A stretch of 63,984 bases of DNA, filler included, from Phoronis australis (Eukaryota; Animalia; Phoronida), in the NCBI GenBank assembly GCA_002633005.1. It is 7 parts of 7 records of this genome, joined end to end, with 100 filler letters (N's around TTAATTAATTAA, not from the genome) between each part and the next. Parts side by side here need not be neighbours in the genome. Positions count along the whole stretch, not along the records: positions 35,088 to 62,715 come from NMRA01000247.1; positions 62,816 to 63,984 come from NMRA01003937.1; 5 more parts are not named here. The stretch is one strand, 5' to 3'. Positions 62,070-63,984 of the stretch are shown here, piece after piece. Numbering within the stretch: position 1 is the stretch's first letter; every line of letters starts with the position of its first letter. The notes under the pieces are model-generated. The model worked only from the letters and a program-made list of their open reading frames with translations. It was not told the DNA's origin and ran no database searches. The position numbers were made by a program, and so were the translations under genes.

Positions 62070-62715
62070 CCGTAATCGTTCCGGTTAACGCCCATGCTCA
62101 GTTTACCACCTATCCCCCACTTTAAGTGGATTTTCGATTTAACCGCCCACTGCTCAGTTAAGCGCCGCCCTGCGATTTTTTAAGATTTCCAGTTAAGCGT
62201 CCACCTCTCAGTTAAGCGCCCATCCCCGACTTTTAAAGAATGAAGATTTAGCGCCTAGTGCTAAGGAAACGCGCGATTCCCGGACTTTTAGAAAAAGATC
62301 GATGATCACAATGAGTGCAACGACGCGGGGACTCCGAGACAGTGATTTAGCAATCTGAATTACAAAACAGGTAACGAGTTATTGTGTTGGGTCATGAACT
62401 CACTTCAAAATATAATACTTGAACCTTTTTGTCACTTTATTTTCTTCCCTTGTTTGCAAAGTTTAAGAACGCTGGCGGCGTCAAAAGCTCCGCTTTCAGC
62501 AACTTTGCCGCGCTGAGTGTCCGTCTGCAGTGCACTAGATAAAACATATATTCGAAAAAATCAGGCCAGAGAAATGTGACAATGGTTTTGCCAACCCTCC
62601 AAATTCTATTAAGGTGGGAAGCTCTCGTATTTTGAACAAATCTCACAACTCACGGAAAGATGTCAAATTCTCAATATTTTGATGAATATAACTGCCGGGT
62701 TATAGAGGATGTGGG
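62070..62715. mobile_element. Left end of a Tc2/pogo-like element, cut by the contig end
   Basis: TA|CCGTAATC terminus and repeated CAGTTAAGCGCC subterminal motifs. Confidence 0.6.
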
Positions 62716-62989
62716 NNNNNNNNNNNNNNNNNNNNNNNNNNNNNNNNNNNNNNNNNNNNTTAATTAATTAANNNNNNNNNNNNNNNNNNNNNNNNNNNNN
62801 NNNNNNNNNNNNNNNTTTAGGTTATAGGGCACATTTGGCAAAAACCTCAAGTAGTCAGTAAAACCATGGACAGACTGGGTTTGTTCAAGTTTCGGTCATT
62901 CAAGACAAATAGAAAACTTATGAAAAGGTAAAGAAGAAGGATAAAAGGGTCAAGCAGGAGTGACGTACTTGTAAGTAGAAGTGACCTAC

Positions 62990-63134
62990 TTGTAAGCCAA
63001 GTAAAGCGACCAACAACAGATGGCGCAGTAGATGCTGTCTCTCACATGTGACTCGTGCCGCTTGTCTGGCTCAGCCAAGTTGCATGGAAACAGGCCTGTT
63101 GTGGGACTTTGAAAACGCAGGATCTGTCGACATA
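62990..63134 (-). CDS. PHKB: Phosphorylase b kinase beta subunit, second coding exon
   Basis: (V)CRQILRFQSPTTGLFP...HVRDSIYCAICCWSLYLAY matches the PHKB QSPTTGLFP...DSLYCA...W...AY region; AG/GT flanks. Confidence 0.9.
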
Positions 63135-63469
63135 CTGCAAAACATAGTGCAATATTTGGTAAGTGTGTTTACTAAAGTGCTCAACAAATCATGTAAATGA
63201 ACACTACATAGTTATGTAATATTACCGAGGTTAAGCGTGAATGGACACTACATATGTAATATTGCTGAGGTTCAGCAATGTCAACCATAATAGCTTGGAT
63301 TAAGTCTTGAGTTTGCAAAAATACGAATTCTCTATCTACAAATAGATCATACTCACTTATCCTGAAAGATAACATTAAAAACTGAAATTAACAGCCTAAG
63401 TAAGTTTATGAACCCACACAGATAGACTATATCTCCAAAAACCCACATCACATGTTTTTCACACAATAC

Positions 63470-63635
63470 CTATTCTGTAATACTCATCAAGCCTCTTGAC
63501 AGCTGACGTGTAGTCGAACTCTCCCGGGGCGTAATCTTCCGAATCGCCTGCGCTAGACGACTGTCGACGAGTTCTTCTCCAGCCCATACGGGTATCATAG
63601 CGAACAGGCTTTGCTAGCTCAGCTGCAGTCTCCAT
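63470..63635 (-). CDS. PHKB: Phosphorylase b kinase beta subunit, first coding exon
   Basis: METAAELAK...AVKRLDEYYRI with a phase-1 donor joining the next exon; resembles PHKB KLDHYYRIV. Confidence 0.85.
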
Positions 63636-63984
63636 ATTGAAATTCACAGCTTACACTAAGTTGAAAACCTTCTCCACATGGTCGACAGTCTAGAAAAAGG
63701 AGATGAAACTTTTCAAAAGCAATAAAGCTCACTGGCTCATACAGTTACAGACACGCATAATGAACAGCAATTTTCAGTAATGAGTCTGAATTAACAAGAA
63801 GCTCGAAATTTGCTAAGTAGCAGCCCTCCACCTGTTGGTGTATTTACGTACTATCAGACAGTCACGTGGGGCTATTACTACATGCATGATCTCACACACT
63901 GTACAGTCCTTGGTTAAATATGAGTGTTTATTTACTATCACATCAATGTTATCAGTCAACATGGAATTTTAAGTGCGTGAACAC

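Overview
Eukaryotic (invertebrate-like animal) DNA made of seven unrelated contigs joined by artificial 100-bp linkers (44 N + TTAATTAATTAA + 44 N), so neighbours across linkers are not real. Contig 1 (1-21745) is a 199-bp satellite array with subfamily blocks, inversions and a unique island carrying three tandem palindromes and two CTCF-consensus motifs. The small contigs hold non-autonomous DNA transposons, a HIRAN-like remnant, two SLC22 exons and WDR82 exons 1-3. The 27.6-kb contig (35088-62715) holds a decayed multi-exon Cys-rich (GCC2/GCC3-repeat) gene, one TMEM120 exon, several DNA transposons and two Hero-type RLE non-LTR retrotransposons. The last contig has the first two coding exons of PHKB. 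Top observation: the 3' UTR of the intact Hero element (60510-60578) appears to fold into a hammerhead ribozyme whose strands are in a non-circularly permuted order. Gene and family calls come from recognising motifs by eye; no searches were run.
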